Below are positions 1-9,697 of a DNA stretch of 64,000 nucleotides, in pieces. Position 1 is the stretch's first letter, and each line of letters starts with the position of its first letter. A program made the translations under genes and the position numbers. The stretch is from Bryobacterales bacterium (GTDB lineage: Bacteria > Acidobacteriota > Terriglobia > Bryobacterales > UBA6623). The DNA lies in the NCBI GenBank assembly GCA_965248255.1, contig CBDFIW010000002.1, positions 276,162 to 340,161 on the forward strand, given 5' to 3'. Below the pieces are notes generated by a model that saw only the letters and a list, made by a program, of their open reading frames with translations, was not told where the DNA came from and made no database searches.

Positions 1-945
1 TTTGCGGTCTTTGTGATCGTGCACTTCCGTTCGGTCAAAGACGGCGTGAGGCCACTCGCTCGAGAAGAGTTGCCAAGCCTGCGCGTGGAACTGGCCCGCC
101 GGGGCAACATGCTGCTCCCGATCGTCGTGCTGATTGGGTTGCTGTCGATGCAATTCAGCGTCATGTACGCGGCGTTTCTGGCAGTCGTTTGTGCGATGGT
201 GGTTGGCCTGGCGCGGCCCGACACTCGGCTGCCGCCGCGCGGCTTCTATCGCGCCTTCGAAGATGCCATGCGCGGCATGCTTACCTTGACGCCGGTCTGC
301 GCCGGGGCCGGGATCATGATCGGCGTCATGACCGCCACCGGCCTCAATCTCAAGATCACCTACCTGATTGAAGACATCGCCGCGGGGAACCTCTTCGCGA
401 CGCTTGTACTGACAATGGTCGCCTGCATCGTTCTCGGGATGGGTCTGCCGACCGTAGCGGCCTATGTAGTGTTGGCAACACTCATTCCCACGACGCTAAC
501 AAGCTTGGGCGTCAACCCCATAGCGGCACATCTCTTTCTCTTCTATTTCGCGATCCTCTCGGCTATCACGCCCCCCGTTTCGACCGGCGCGTACGTCGCG
601 GCGGGTATCGCCAACACCGATCCGGTGCGCACGTCGTTTACCGCCATCCGGCTTGGCCTGATCAGTTTCCTGCTGCCGTTCGCGTTCGTCTACGAACCCG
701 CGTTGTTACTGCTGGGGGATTGGACCGCCATCGTGTTGCACGTAGGCTCGTGCGCGGCGGGAATCTTCTTCTGGGCCATTGCGATCGAGGGCCACTTCCA
801 AACCCGCGTCCCCGGGCCTGCCCGGGCCGGCTTGCTGTTGGCCGGCGTCCTGCTGATCTGGCCGCAGGTATGGGTCTCGTTCGCCGGCGCGGTCTTGGGC
901 GGGATGACGATGCTAGCGAGCAACCGGCCGGCGAGCAAACGATGA
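1..945 (+). CDS. TRAP transporter fused (4TM/12TM, DctM-like) permease, 5'-truncated by the window edge
   Basis: Highly hydrophobic ORF with GMGLPTVAAY, AAHLFLFYFAILSAITPPV and PFAFVYEPALL, typical of fused TRAP permeases. Confidence 0.85.
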   Translation, partial: FAVFVIVHFRSVKDGVRPLAREELPSLRVELARRGNMLLPIVVLIGLLSMQFSVMYAAFLAVVCAMVVGLARPDTRLPPRGFYRAFEDAMRGMLTLTPVCAGAGIMIGVMTATGLNLKITYLIEDIAAGNLFATLVLTMVACIVLGMGLPTVAAYVVLATLIPTTLTSLGVNPIAAHLFLFYFAILSAITPPVSTGAYVAAGIANTDPVRTSFTAIRLGLISFLLPFAFVYEPALLLLGDWTAIVLHVGSCAAGIFFWAIAIEGHFQTRVPGPARAGLLLAGVLLIWPQVWVSFAGAVLGGMTMLASNRPASKR

Positions 946-1020
946 GCCCCGGCCGAGCCGCTGCCTCACGGTCGTGGGATGGCTAGCCTAGGCTAGAGGG
1001 CGCGTCGGCATGCGAGCACA

Positions 1021-1908
1021 TCACTTGTCCGCCCGCGCCTGCAAGAACTTCAAGAATTCCGCCGCCGTCGATGAGAACGTCTTCTTACGCCGATGGACAA
1101 TCCCAACCGGACGCACAAGTTCCTCGGCTTCAACCTTGCGGGTCACGAGGCGGCCCTCGGTCACCTCCTGCCTCACGGTGCGTTCGGGCAGAATGCTCAC
1201 GCCCGAACCGATCGACAGCGCTTCCTTGATCATCTGGATGTTGTCGAACTCGAGCACCACCGTCCGATGAAGCCCATGCTCACGGAAGAACCGGTCGACG
1301 GCCTTGCGGATCGAAAGATCGGGGTCGAAGCTGACGTACTCTTGGCCGGCGAGATCGGCGACTCTCACTGACGGTTTGTGCGCAAGCGGGTGGCTCGGGT
1401 GGCAGACCAACACCATCTTTTCGACCCGCCAGTCCATGATCTTGAGACCCTTCACCGGGTTCGGATAGCTCACCAGCCCTAGGTCGGCCTGGTCGTCCCG
1501 TACGGCCTCATACACCTTCTCGGGTCGCATATAGTCGAGATGGACGTGAGCCTGCGGATGCAAATCTTCAAACCTCTCGCGGATGCGCCGCATCTCGTAT
1601 AGCCCGATGGAGTAAATCGAAGCGACTCGTACCGAACCGACCAACTCCCCTTTGAGCGAGTTGATCTTCGAGCAAGCTTCTTCGTAGCACCGTACGATGT
1701 CGCGGCTCGCCTCGTAGAACAGCTTGCCCGCCGGGGTCAGCTTCAGCGGCCGGTTGCTGCGGTCGAACAGTTGCACACCCAGATCTTTCTCGAGCTGTCG
1801 CAAGAACTGGCTGGCGGCAGACTGGCTCATGCCGTTCAGCTCGGCCCCGCGGCTCACGCTGCTCGTCTGCGCGATGTCGCGAAAGACCTTGAAGTGACCC
1901 GTGTTCAT
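1021..1908 (-). CDS. LysR family transcriptional regulator
   Basis: N-terminal HTH (SVSRGAELNGMSQSAASQFLRQLEKDLGVQLFDRS..LTPAG) plus substrate-binding domain, 295 aa. Confidence 0.95.
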   Translation of the reverse strand: MNTGHFKVFRDIAQTSSVSRGAELNGMSQSAASQFLRQLEKDLGVQLFDRSNRPLKLTPAGKLFYEASRDIVRCYEEACSKINSLKGELVGSVRVASIYSIGLYEMRRIRERFEDLHPQAHVHLDYMRPEKVYEAVRDDQADLGLVSYPNPVKGLKIMDWRVEKMVLVCHPSHPLAHKPSVRVADLAGQEYVSFDPDLSIRKAVDRFFREHGLHRTVVLEFDNIQMIKEALSIGSGVSILPERTVRQEVTEGRLVTRKVEAEELVRPVGIVHRRKKTFSSTAAEFLKFLQARADK

Positions 1909-1930
1909 GGCGTGTCACCATAAGGATAGC

Positions 1931-1968
1931 TTATTTAGATGTATAGCGGGAATTCACTCTCTAAATAA
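1931..1968. promoter_or_regulatory. AT-rich inverted repeat upstream of the LysR gene, possible autoregulatory operator
   Basis: TTATTTAGA (1931-1939) and TCTAAATAA (1960-1968) in an AT-rich intergenic patch. Confidence 0.35.
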
Positions 1969-2018
1969 TGGTTACCGATTTCCCACGCCAGGCACGGGCC
2001 GGAAATCTCTTTTCCCCT

Positions 2019-2978
2019 TCACGTCACCAACGTCGAGATCGTAGTCGGCGCGTTGCCCTCAAACCGATTGTTGACGAAGATCAGCGCCGGGGCCTGTTTT
2101 CCTGCCTCGTTGATCAAGTGCTTGAGTGCGTCGGTCCCCTCGGGATACGGGTCCTTGACTTCGGTGTAGGGGGAGAACTGCCTCACCGCCTGCTCGTAGC
2201 GGCGGCCCGGACGCAGCAGCGCGCGGCTGACGACAAGGTCCGTCGTCCGCGCCTCGCGGATGGCGCACTGATCCGCCAGGCTTGGCATCTTCGCCCAACT
2301 CGAGAAGACGTGGGCGACTGCATGGTTTCTGAGGGCGGCGAAGTACGAGGTATCCAGGAACTCCTGGTTGCGAATCTCGACTGCGTAGCGGAAGGTCCCG
2401 GGGAGCCGCGCAAGGAAAGGCTTCAAGTCCGCCGCGAACTCACTTGCGCCGCCGGGATACGTACGCCGAGAGAAGGCGCCGAATTCGAAGATCAATGCCG
2501 CGACCCGAGAGCGGTAGGGCGCGAGCGGCTCGAGGAACTGCGACCGCAGGACCTCGGCATCAAGAAACGACGGGTTGCCTGAGCCCGCCCGAGCTCCATA
2601 GCGATCGTGACGCGGCCAAACGGCGACGCTGATCTCCTCGGGAACCTTGAAGGCGAACTGGAAGCGGGCCGGGGCATAAGCGAACAACCGCTCCCAGTAG
2701 TCAGGCGAGGGGACCTGGTAGAACGAGAAATCCCCGCAAACCACCGGGAAGGTCTCCGCGTACTCGGTGAGACAAGTCTGCTCGAACTTCTTGCGGGAGA
2801 AGCGTCCGCGGCTGAGGTAACGTTCGCGTGAGTAGACTTGTCCCAACCAGCCTTCGTATTTCCAAGAGCTGGCGCCGATCAGGATTCCCTCAGCGGAGAG
2901 CTTGCGGAGTTTCTCGGCGAGACGATCGCGAGGGCAGCCACCGATCAGTCGTTCGTCGAAGAGTGGCAGCGTGCTCAA
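2019..2978 (-). CDS. DUF72 domain protein
   Basis: IGASSWKYEGWLGQVY, DFSFYQVP, FAFKVPEEI, AVEIRN and IFVNNRFEGNAP motifs. Confidence 0.9.
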   Translation of the reverse strand: MSTLPLFDERLIGGCPRDRLAEKLRKLSAEGILIGASSWKYEGWLGQVYSRERYLSRGRFSRKKFEQTCLTEYAETFPVVCGDFSFYQVPSPDYWERLFAYAPARFQFAFKVPEEISVAVWPRHDRYGARAGSGNPSFLDAEVLRSQFLEPLAPYRSRVAALIFEFGAFSRRTYPGGASEFAADLKPFLARLPGTFRYAVEIRNQEFLDTSYFAALRNHAVAHVFSSWAKMPSLADQCAIREARTTDLVVSRALLRPGRRYEQAVRQFSPYTEVKDPYPEGTDALKHLINEAGKQAPALIFVNNRFEGNAPTTISTLVT

Positions 2979-3118
2979 TGTGGCTCAAGCCTATCACAGG
3001 CGCACAAGATTCCAGCAACCGCGACGGATTGGGGACCTGTGGCCCCCGCCCGACTGCTCCACCGATGGTGTGCTACCTTTCTTATTCCCGTCAACAGCCG
3101 GCGATGCTTCCTTTCCCT

Positions 3119-4378
3119 ATGCGACACGTGACGAAGCTCCCCGGCCGCCGCCGGCGTTGGGTTGCTGTCATCCCGACGGCTCTGTCTGCGTTTCTGCTCT
3201 CCGCCGTAAGCGCCTCGGAGTGGCCCGAGTTCCGCGGCCCGACAGGACAGGGTCATGCCACCGAAACCGGCCTGCCACTGCGGTGGAGCGAATCCCTCAA
3301 CGTGGTCTGGAAGGTTCCCGTTCCTGGGCTCGGTTGGTCGTCCCCGGTGATCCGGGGTGAAAAGATCTGGATGACCACGGCGACGGAAGAGGGGCGTTCG
3401 CTGCGGGTGGTGTCGGTAGACAAGTCCTCGGGCCGCCTTCTGCAAAACTTTGAAGTGTTCCACGAGGATACTCCCGCCAAGATCCAGCGGAAGAACAGCC
3501 ACGCGACGCCGACACCGATTCTCGAAGGTGACCGAGTCTACGTACACTTCGGCCCGCAAGGTACAGCCGCACTCTCGGGTGCAACGGGCCGGGTGATCTG
3601 GCGCAACCGAGAGCTCCGCTACGTACCGGGGCACGGCCAAGGCGGCTCGCCCGCTCTCGCCGGAGACCTGCTGGTGATCAACTGCGACGGTGTCGACCGC
3701 CAGTACGTTGTCGCGCTCGACAAGAATACAGGCGCGGTCCGTTGGCGCACAGACCGCCGCGACGCTGGTATGGCGTTTAGCACACCGTTGGTGATTCGGG
3801 AGGGACCGCGAGCGCAGGTGGTCAGCGTGGGTGCGAGCGCAACCGTCAGCTACGAGCTCGCCACGGGCAAGGAACTCTGGTTCATCCGCTATGACGGGTT
3901 TTCAAACGTGCCGCGGCCGGTCTACGGTCATGGGCTCGTCTATGTCACATCCGGCTATTACAACCCTGTCCTGTTCGCAGTTCGGCCCGACGGTCGTGGC
4001 GATGTGACGGACTCTCGCGTCGCCTGGCGCTTGCAGCGGGGCATTCCCCTGACACCTTCACCGCTGCTGGTTGGTGACGAGATCTACGTCGTTAGCGACA
4101 AGGGAATCGCCACTTGCCTTGATGCGAGGACCGGCGAGACCCACTGGCGCGCGCGGCTCCAGGGAAACTACTCACCGTCGCCCGTGCTGGCCGACGGCCG
4201 CATCTATTTTCAGAATGAGGACGGCTTGACCACCGTCATTGAGCCGGGTACGACGTTCAAGAAGCTGGCGGAGAATCAAGTTGACGGCCGCACCCTGGCG
4301 ACGATTGCGGTGTCGGACAGCGCCATCTTCTTGCGCACCGGTTCCCACCTGTATCGGATTGAAGAGCGCCCAGACTAG
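3119..4378 (+). CDS. Secreted PQQ-binding-like beta-propeller repeat protein (start uncertain, 3104 or 3119)
   Basis: Signal peptide then WPEFRGPTGQG, GWSSPVI, HATPTP, FSTP, PSPLL and SPVLADG repeats. Confidence 0.85.
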   Translation: MRHVTKLPGRRRRWVAVIPTALSAFLLSAVSASEWPEFRGPTGQGHATETGLPLRWSESLNVVWKVPVPGLGWSSPVIRGEKIWMTTATEEGRSLRVVSVDKSSGRLLQNFEVFHEDTPAKIQRKNSHATPTPILEGDRVYVHFGPQGTAALSGATGRVIWRNRELRYVPGHGQGGSPALAGDLLVINCDGVDRQYVVALDKNTGAVRWRTDRRDAGMAFSTPLVIREGPRAQVVSVGASATVSYELATGKELWFIRYDGFSNVPRPVYGHGLVYVTSGYYNPVLFAVRPDGRGDVTDSRVAWRLQRGIPLTPSPLLVGDEIYVVSDKGIATCLDARTGETHWRARLQGNYSPSPVLADGRIYFQNEDGLTTVIEPGTTFKKLAENQVDGRTLATIAVSDSAIFLRTGSHLYRIEERPD

Positions 4379-4404
4379 TGGAATGTCGCGCAGATTCCTT
4401 GGTC

Positions 4405-5781
4405 TGAACTTACCGGGCCATAGGTAACACTTTATGCCAAGCACATAGGTAACACTTCTCGTCCGGGGTGGGGCCGGACGTAGGGAGCCCGGAGGGCGAC
4501 CGCAGTCCGGTCCCACCCCCGGACGAGTGGCCCGCCGCCGGGTCCGGGCAAGGCCGCAACCGCCACCCCCGTTCGTCGAACAGGCCCAGCTCGTAAAAGG
4601 AAAACCATACCCGCCACACCCCCTCCTCGATCGCCTCCAGCCCCACCCGCTCGCCGTTGAGTCCCTTGCCGACAAACACTCGTTGACGCCGCCAGCGAAG
4701 CTGCCCATCCACCACGCGCCGCACCGCCATCGCCGCCGGATACTCCGGCTCCTTCAGCCGCGAGGGATACTCCCGCCCCGAGCCCTGATAACACTCGCTG
4801 GGCGTCCGCAGCTCCAGCCCCTGGTGCGGTCGCTCTTCGTTGCAATCTTGGCGAAAGCAATCCAACGCCCGCTGCTGCGCCCGCAGGTTCGCCGCCGGCG
4901 GCGAGGCCGTCTCTTGCTTCAGCGTGCGGTGCATCCTCTCATGCCGCCCGTTCTGTTCGGGATGTCCCGGCTCGATCCGCTGCGGATAAATCCCCAACTT
5001 GATCCACCATACCGCCAGCCGTGACAGCCCGTGCACCGCCAGCGTCGCAAACGGCGGCCCGTTGTCGGTGCGCAGCACCCGCGGCAAGCCAAACTCCCGA
5101 AATGTGGCTTCAAACAACGGCTGGACGTGTTCTCGATCCGGTGTCGCCACCGCCTGGCAACGCAATAAGTAACGGCTAGCCGCATCCGAGATCGTCAACG
5201 GATCGCAGCGCTGGCCGTCTTGGGTGCGGAACCAACCTTTGAAGTCGGCGCACCAAACCCGGTTGGGCTCGCTCCCCGGCGTCAGCGGCGGTGCGGTCGG
5301 TGCGGCGCGCGCCCGGCGCCGCCGCGGCACCGTCAGACCGTGTCGCCGCAGCAGATTCCCGATCGTGCTCACCGCCGGCCAAGCCACCTCGGGCTGCGCC
5401 CGCTGCAGCCGCGCTTTCAAGGTGACCGCGCCCCAGCGCGTGTGCTGTGCCCGCAGAGCGAGAATCTCTTGCTCGATCGCGGCCGCGGTCTGCTGCGGAT
5501 GGCGTCGCGCTGCTCGGGAGCGGTCCTGCAATCCTTCCCAGCCCTGCTGCCCGTAGCGCTGCAGCCACTTGTAGCCGGTCTTGCGACTCACGCCGTAGCG
5601 CCGGCACAGCTCGGCCATCGACTCGAGTTTCCTTTCCCAGTCCACCACAAAGCGAGTTCTCTCGTTTCGCACACAGGTCTCCTGCCAAGGCATAGATCAT
5701 TCCCTCTCAGAAATGTTTTATGCCTCAAAGTGTTACCTATGTGCTTGGCATTAGGTGTTACCCATGTCCCCGGTCAATACC
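4405..5781 (-). mobile_element. IS481 family insertion sequence
   Basis: ~50-bp imperfect terminal inverted repeats with internal GGTAACAC repeats (4405-4456 and 5730-5781) enclosing a single transposase. Confidence 0.9.
4410..5693 (-). CDS. IS481 family transposase
   Basis: HTH (LCRRYGVSRKTGYKWL) plus rve core (WCADFKG, LRTDNGPPF, PEQNGRHERMHRTLK). Confidence 0.95.
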   Translation of the reverse strand: MPWQETCVRNERTRFVVDWERKLESMAELCRRYGVSRKTGYKWLQRYGQQGWEGLQDRSRAARRHPQQTAAAIEQEILALRAQHTRWGAVTLKARLQRAQPEVAWPAVSTIGNLLRRHGLTVPRRRRARAAPTAPPLTPGSEPNRVWCADFKGWFRTQDGQRCDPLTISDAASRYLLRCQAVATPDREHVQPLFEATFREFGLPRVLRTDNGPPFATLAVHGLSRLAVWWIKLGIYPQRIEPGHPEQNGRHERMHRTLKQETASPPAANLRAQQRALDCFRQDCNEERPHQGLELRTPSECYQGSGREYPSRLKEPEYPAAMAVRRVVDGQLRWRRQRVFVGKGLNGERVGLEAIEEGVWRVWFSFYELGLFDERGWRLRPCPDPAAGHSSGGGTGLRSPSGLPTSGPTPDEKCYLCAWHKVLPMAR

Positions 5782-6028
5782 GCCGTAGGGGCGGGCCGCT
5801 GTGCCCGCCCGGCTGCCCGTTTACCGGGTTCCTGACCCCTCACTGGCGTTGAGGGCTCGGTTGCTTCAGTGGCACGCTGCTCTTCGATCCTTGACACCTT
5901 TGTGCCGATGTCGATGACGGCCAGAGCAAACCATATCGCACGGGCGTGGCGCGCTACGTACGTAACGGTACCCAGCCGTCCCGTTTTCAATTGATACACA
6001 CGGCCATGGTTGCGACAATGAGGGCAGC

Positions 6029-6889
6029 ATGGCCGATGCTCCCGAGGACCGCGCGGCAGCTCCATCGAGTGGCGGGCCGCGCTCGACCCACCCGGCGTTA
6101 CTCGTCTTCACAGCGGTCGCGCTGCTCATCTCGATCGCGCTGCTGTGGAAGGTGTGGCGTCAGTCGAACGAGCTGGAGGCACGTCTAAGCGATACGGCGC
6201 GGCGGGCCGAGAGTTTGACGGAGAACATGGAGCAGTCGCGTCAAGAAGCCGTGCGGTTCAAGGCAGAGAGCGAAGCCGCCACCGCGCACGCCGCCGAGAC
6301 GGCCGAGCAGGCGCGGCAGTCACGGGACGCACGCATCCGGGCCGAGCTGGAGCGCGAGCTGGCGCGCGAAGACGCCGAGCGCGCCCGCGAAGAGGCGGCT
6401 CGTCTGCAAGCAGAGACCGAGCGCATGCGTAAGCAGCGGGAAGCGGAACTCGACCGCATGCAAACCGCCCTGAGCCATATCACAGAGACCCGCCGAACCC
6501 CCATGGGCATGGTCGTGAACCTGGGTGAAGACTCGTTCCTGTTTGACTTCGATAAAGATACCCTACGGCCCGAGAACCGCGAAATGTTGAGCCGCATCGC
6601 GGGTGTGCTGCTGGCGTCCCACGGTTATCGCCTGCAGGTCTACGGGCACACGGATGACACCGGCCCGGCAGCTTATAACAAAGACCTCTCCACGCGGCGC
6701 GCCCGAACCGTCGGCAGCTATCTGGTGACGGCGGGTATTCCCAAGGAGGTCGTCGAGGTCGAGGGTTTCGGGGAAGCAAGCCCGCGCATTCGAAGCGCCT
6801 CAAGCCAAGCACGACAGAAGAACCGCCGCGTTGAGATCGGCGTCATCGACACCATCATCAATTACGAGCGCGAAATCAAGAATCCGTAG
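6029..6889 (+). CDS. Membrane-anchored coiled-coil protein with C-terminal OmpA/MotB peptidoglycan-binding domain
   Basis: One TM helix, E/R/A-rich coiled coil, then LFDFDK, GHTDDTG..YNKDLSTRRA and NRRVEI. Confidence 0.88.
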   Translation: MADAPEDRAAAPSSGGPRSTHPALLVFTAVALLISIALLWKVWRQSNELEARLSDTARRAESLTENMEQSRQEAVRFKAESEAATAHAAETAEQARQSRDARIRAELERELAREDAERAREEAARLQAETERMRKQREAELDRMQTALSHITETRRTPMGMVVNLGEDSFLFDFDKDTLRPENREMLSRIAGVLLASHGYRLQVYGHTDDTGPAAYNKDLSTRRARTVGSYLVTAGIPKEVVEVEGFGEASPRIRSASSQARQKNRRVEIGVIDTIINYEREIKNP

Positions 6890-6943
6890 CTGGGCTGACG
6901 AATCGTCCTTTGCAGAGCCGCCTTCCGTTAAGGGGGCGGGACG

Positions 6944-7984
6944 TTATCTGCCCTCGGGCAGAAGCTGGAGCTGCCGAAGGCCGGCGAGTAGCGTGTCCCG
7001 CACCAGCGCGTGGCCTTCCGCGGTCAGATGGATATCATCCTCAAACAGGTGGCCTCCACCCCTCTCTTGAAACTCCGCCCACGGATCGAGCAATGGGACA
7101 CCCAAGTCCCCGCACGCGGCAGCCATCAACGCCTGCGGCTTGAGGACATAGTCGCGGTCGCGGGCCAGTAGGTTCGGCCGGAACTGCAAGCCGTAAGGGA
7201 TCATGATCACTACCAGCTTCCCGCCGATCGACCTCATCCGCTCGCGCAGGGCCTCAAGGTTTTCGCCGAACTCGACCCAGCTTCGCTCTTGCCAAGCGAC
7301 CGCGAAATCGGGTTGTTGCTTCCACAAGAACTCTTCCCTCGGGTTGTGCCATAGGAAGAGCGCTAGGCGAATCCGGTAGGCCAGGTAGCTCCAGCGGGGT
7401 AGCCAGGCGAGCGGATCGCCCTCCTCGGGCAGGATGACCCGCCGGGCTTCCAGCGTGAAGAGGAGTCTCGCCTCGGGATCGAACCGGTGAAGGAAGCGGT
7501 GGTTGTCGTTGAGGCAGTACTGCACGACCAAGAGGCCCGGGCGTAGCGGGTAGAGATCTCGCTCGAACAAGACCCGCTCCTGGTAGGTCGTATACCCGGG
7601 GATCGCGGCGTTGATCACTTCGGCGGTGTCCGCTAGGTCGTCACGCAGCATCCCGACAAATCCATCCTCGGGCCAGGCAACGGAATCACCCAACACCACA
7701 ATCCGCATCCGTCCGGCTACCGGCTCCGGTGAGATCTCTGGATGCCGGATGCCGAGGGAGTTGATCCCGTCCATCGCAGGGTTCAGCCGGTAGCCCAGCT
7801 TGGGGTCGGCCACGACCCACTTGCCGGTCCCCATCTCAGAGTGGGGGACAGCGCCGCCGAAGAGCGAGGTCCAAGCAGCGGACCAGGATCCTTCCGTCCG
7901 GACTCCCAGGACCAGTTCGGCCACCCCTAAGACCAGCGTGACACTGAGAAAGACGGTGACGATGCCGAAGAGGGTCCGCTTCAT
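6944..7984 (-). CDS. SGNH/GDSL hydrolase family membrane-anchored protein (paralog 1)
   Basis: LGDSVAW, INAAIPGYTTYQE, CLND and DDIHLT catalytic blocks. Confidence 0.85.
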   Translation of the reverse strand: MKRTLFGIVTVFLSVTLVLGVAELVLGVRTEGSWSAAWTSLFGGAVPHSEMGTGKWVVADPKLGYRLNPAMDGINSLGIRHPEISPEPVAGRMRIVVLGDSVAWPEDGFVGMLRDDLADTAEVINAAIPGYTTYQERVLFERDLYPLRPGLLVVQYCLNDNHRFLHRFDPEARLLFTLEARRVILPEEGDPLAWLPRWSYLAYRIRLALFLWHNPREEFLWKQQPDFAVAWQERSWVEFGENLEALRERMRSIGGKLVVIMIPYGLQFRPNLLARDRDYVLKPQALMAAACGDLGVPLLDPWAEFQERGGGHLFEDDIHLTAEGHALVRDTLLAGLRQLQLLPEGR

Positions 7985-8113
7985 ACGTGGATGGGCCTCT
8001 GGCGAGTTCGGTGACGTATCGGCGAAGCAGACGCGCGTTTCCCGAAGCCGCGGGTACGGCCTGCCGCCCCTACATCACAAGTCGAGGCGTGATCCTCATT
8101 GCGAGAGTACCAC

Positions 8114-9643
8114 CTAGGCCGGCGGGCGGCGGGCGGTGGACGGTGCGGCAGGCTCGCTCTCGGCAGACACAAGCAAGTGGCGCTGGATCTTACCCAGCGC
8201 ATTGCGTGGTATCTCGTTCACGGCGACGATGCGCCGGGGCACTTTGAAGCTGGCTAGATGCTCGCGGCAGCGGGAGCGAAGCTCCTCATCGTCGAGCGTG
8301 TCGCCTTGGCTGGGCACAACGTAGGCCACGGGCGCCTCGCCCTTGAGCGTGTCGGGCTCGCCCACGACAGCAGCTTCCCGCACTTCGGGCTGCTCGTTGA
8401 GAAACTCCTCGACTTCGCGCGGGTAAATATTGAAGCCGCCCGAGATGATGAGCTCCGTCTTGCGTCCCCGGAGGGTGTAGTAGCCATCGGGGGAGCGAAC
8501 GGCGAGGTCGCCGGAGCGGAAATAGCCGTCGGACGTAAACGCCGCTTTCGTAGCCTCGGGCTGCCCCCAGTAGCCGGCGAAGACATTCGGTCCCTTGATC
8601 AGCACTTCGCCCGTTTCGTCGGCAGGCGGTTCCTCCTCGGAGTCGGGCGCGGCCAACCGGATCGAGACGCCGGGCAGCGGATGGCCCACCGAGCCGGGCC
8701 GGCGCTCAGCGTCACAGGGATTCGACAGGTTCATCATCGTCTCGGTCATGCCGTAGCGCTCGAGCACGACGTGGCCGTAGAGCTTCTCGAAGCGTTCAAG
8801 CGTGGGAGCCGGCAGCGGTGCGGAGCCGGAAACGAACAACCGCATGAACGAGCCGATCTCGCGCGCCGTGTCGGATGGCACGTCGAGCAAGCGTTCATAC
8901 ATCGTGGGCACACCGAAGAAAACCGTGGGCCGAAAGTCGAGGAACTGCTGCGAGATGGTCTCCTTGCGGAATCGATCAAGCAAGCGCAGGCGGTAGCCGG
9001 CGAACAACCACGTGTGCAGCCCGTTGCCCAGGCCGTGTACGTGGAAAAGCGGAAGAGGTAATAGCAAGCGGTCGTCGGACGTGATGCGCCAGCAGTCGAT
9101 CAACGCCTCGGCGTTAAAGGCGAAATTTTCGTGCGTGAGCACCGCGCCTTTGGACCGGCCGGTCGTGCCCGACGTGTAGACGATCGCCGCCGGCGTATCA
9201 GCATGGGTGGAGGCCGTGGGGCGCTCAGCGGCTGCGTTGCGGGTGAGGCGGTCGAGGTCCTCGGAGCGGTACAGCAGGGGATCTTTGAGGCTTGCGACCG
9301 CGGGGCGAAGATAATCTTCCAGTTCACCACTTGTGATGGCTCCCTTGGGCTGGGCGTCGGCCACGATGTGAGCGATCTCGCGACCCCGATACAGTACGTT
9401 GATCGGGACGAAGATAAGACCGAGTTTGATCGACGCCAGGTACGCGTCGATCAGCTCGACACAGTTGCTCAAGTAAACTGCTATGCGGTCGCCTGCCCGG
9501 AAACCATCTGCCGCGAAGCGGTTCGCCAGACGGTTGCTGCGGTCTTCGATCTGGTCGAAGGTGAAGCTCTGGCCGGCACACTCGAGCGCCATGCCCTGGC
9601 CCGAGCGCTCCAAAGTTCGATCGAATCGTTCAAGTAAGTTCAT
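8114..9643 (-). CDS. AMP-dependent acyl-CoA synthetase, malonyl-CoA synthetase (MatB)-like
   Basis: YTSGTTGRSKG, LPLFHVHGL, ERYGMTET, FRSGD, GGFNIYPREVE and PRNALGK. Confidence 0.85.
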   Translation of the reverse strand: MNLLERFDRTLERSGQGMALECAGQSFTFDQIEDRSNRLANRFAADGFRAGDRIAVYLSNCVELIDAYLASIKLGLIFVPINVLYRGREIAHIVADAQPKGAITSGELEDYLRPAVASLKDPLLYRSEDLDRLTRNAAAERPTASTHADTPAAIVYTSGTTGRSKGAVLTHENFAFNAEALIDCWRITSDDRLLLPLPLFHVHGLGNGLHTWLFAGYRLRLLDRFRKETISQQFLDFRPTVFFGVPTMYERLLDVPSDTAREIGSFMRLFVSGSAPLPAPTLERFEKLYGHVVLERYGMTETMMNLSNPCDAERRPGSVGHPLPGVSIRLAAPDSEEEPPADETGEVLIKGPNVFAGYWGQPEATKAAFTSDGYFRSGDLAVRSPDGYYTLRGRKTELIISGGFNIYPREVEEFLNEQPEVREAAVVGEPDTLKGEAPVAYVVPSQGDTLDDEELRSRCREHLASFKVPRRIVAVNEIPRNALGKIQRHLLVSAESEPAAPSTARRPPA

Positions 9644-9697
9644 CGGCGCAGGTTGGCGATATCCCTTGCTCGAACCCGGTACTGGCCTCTCGCGGAT

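Larger units (their letters stand above)
4376..5827 (+). repeat. MITE family X copy (left TIR plus internal GTAGGGGCG palindrome) split by IS481
   Basis: TAGTGGAATGTCGCGCAGATTCCTT at 4376 and the 5785-5827 segment both match the intact copy at 10792-10897. Confidence 0.65.
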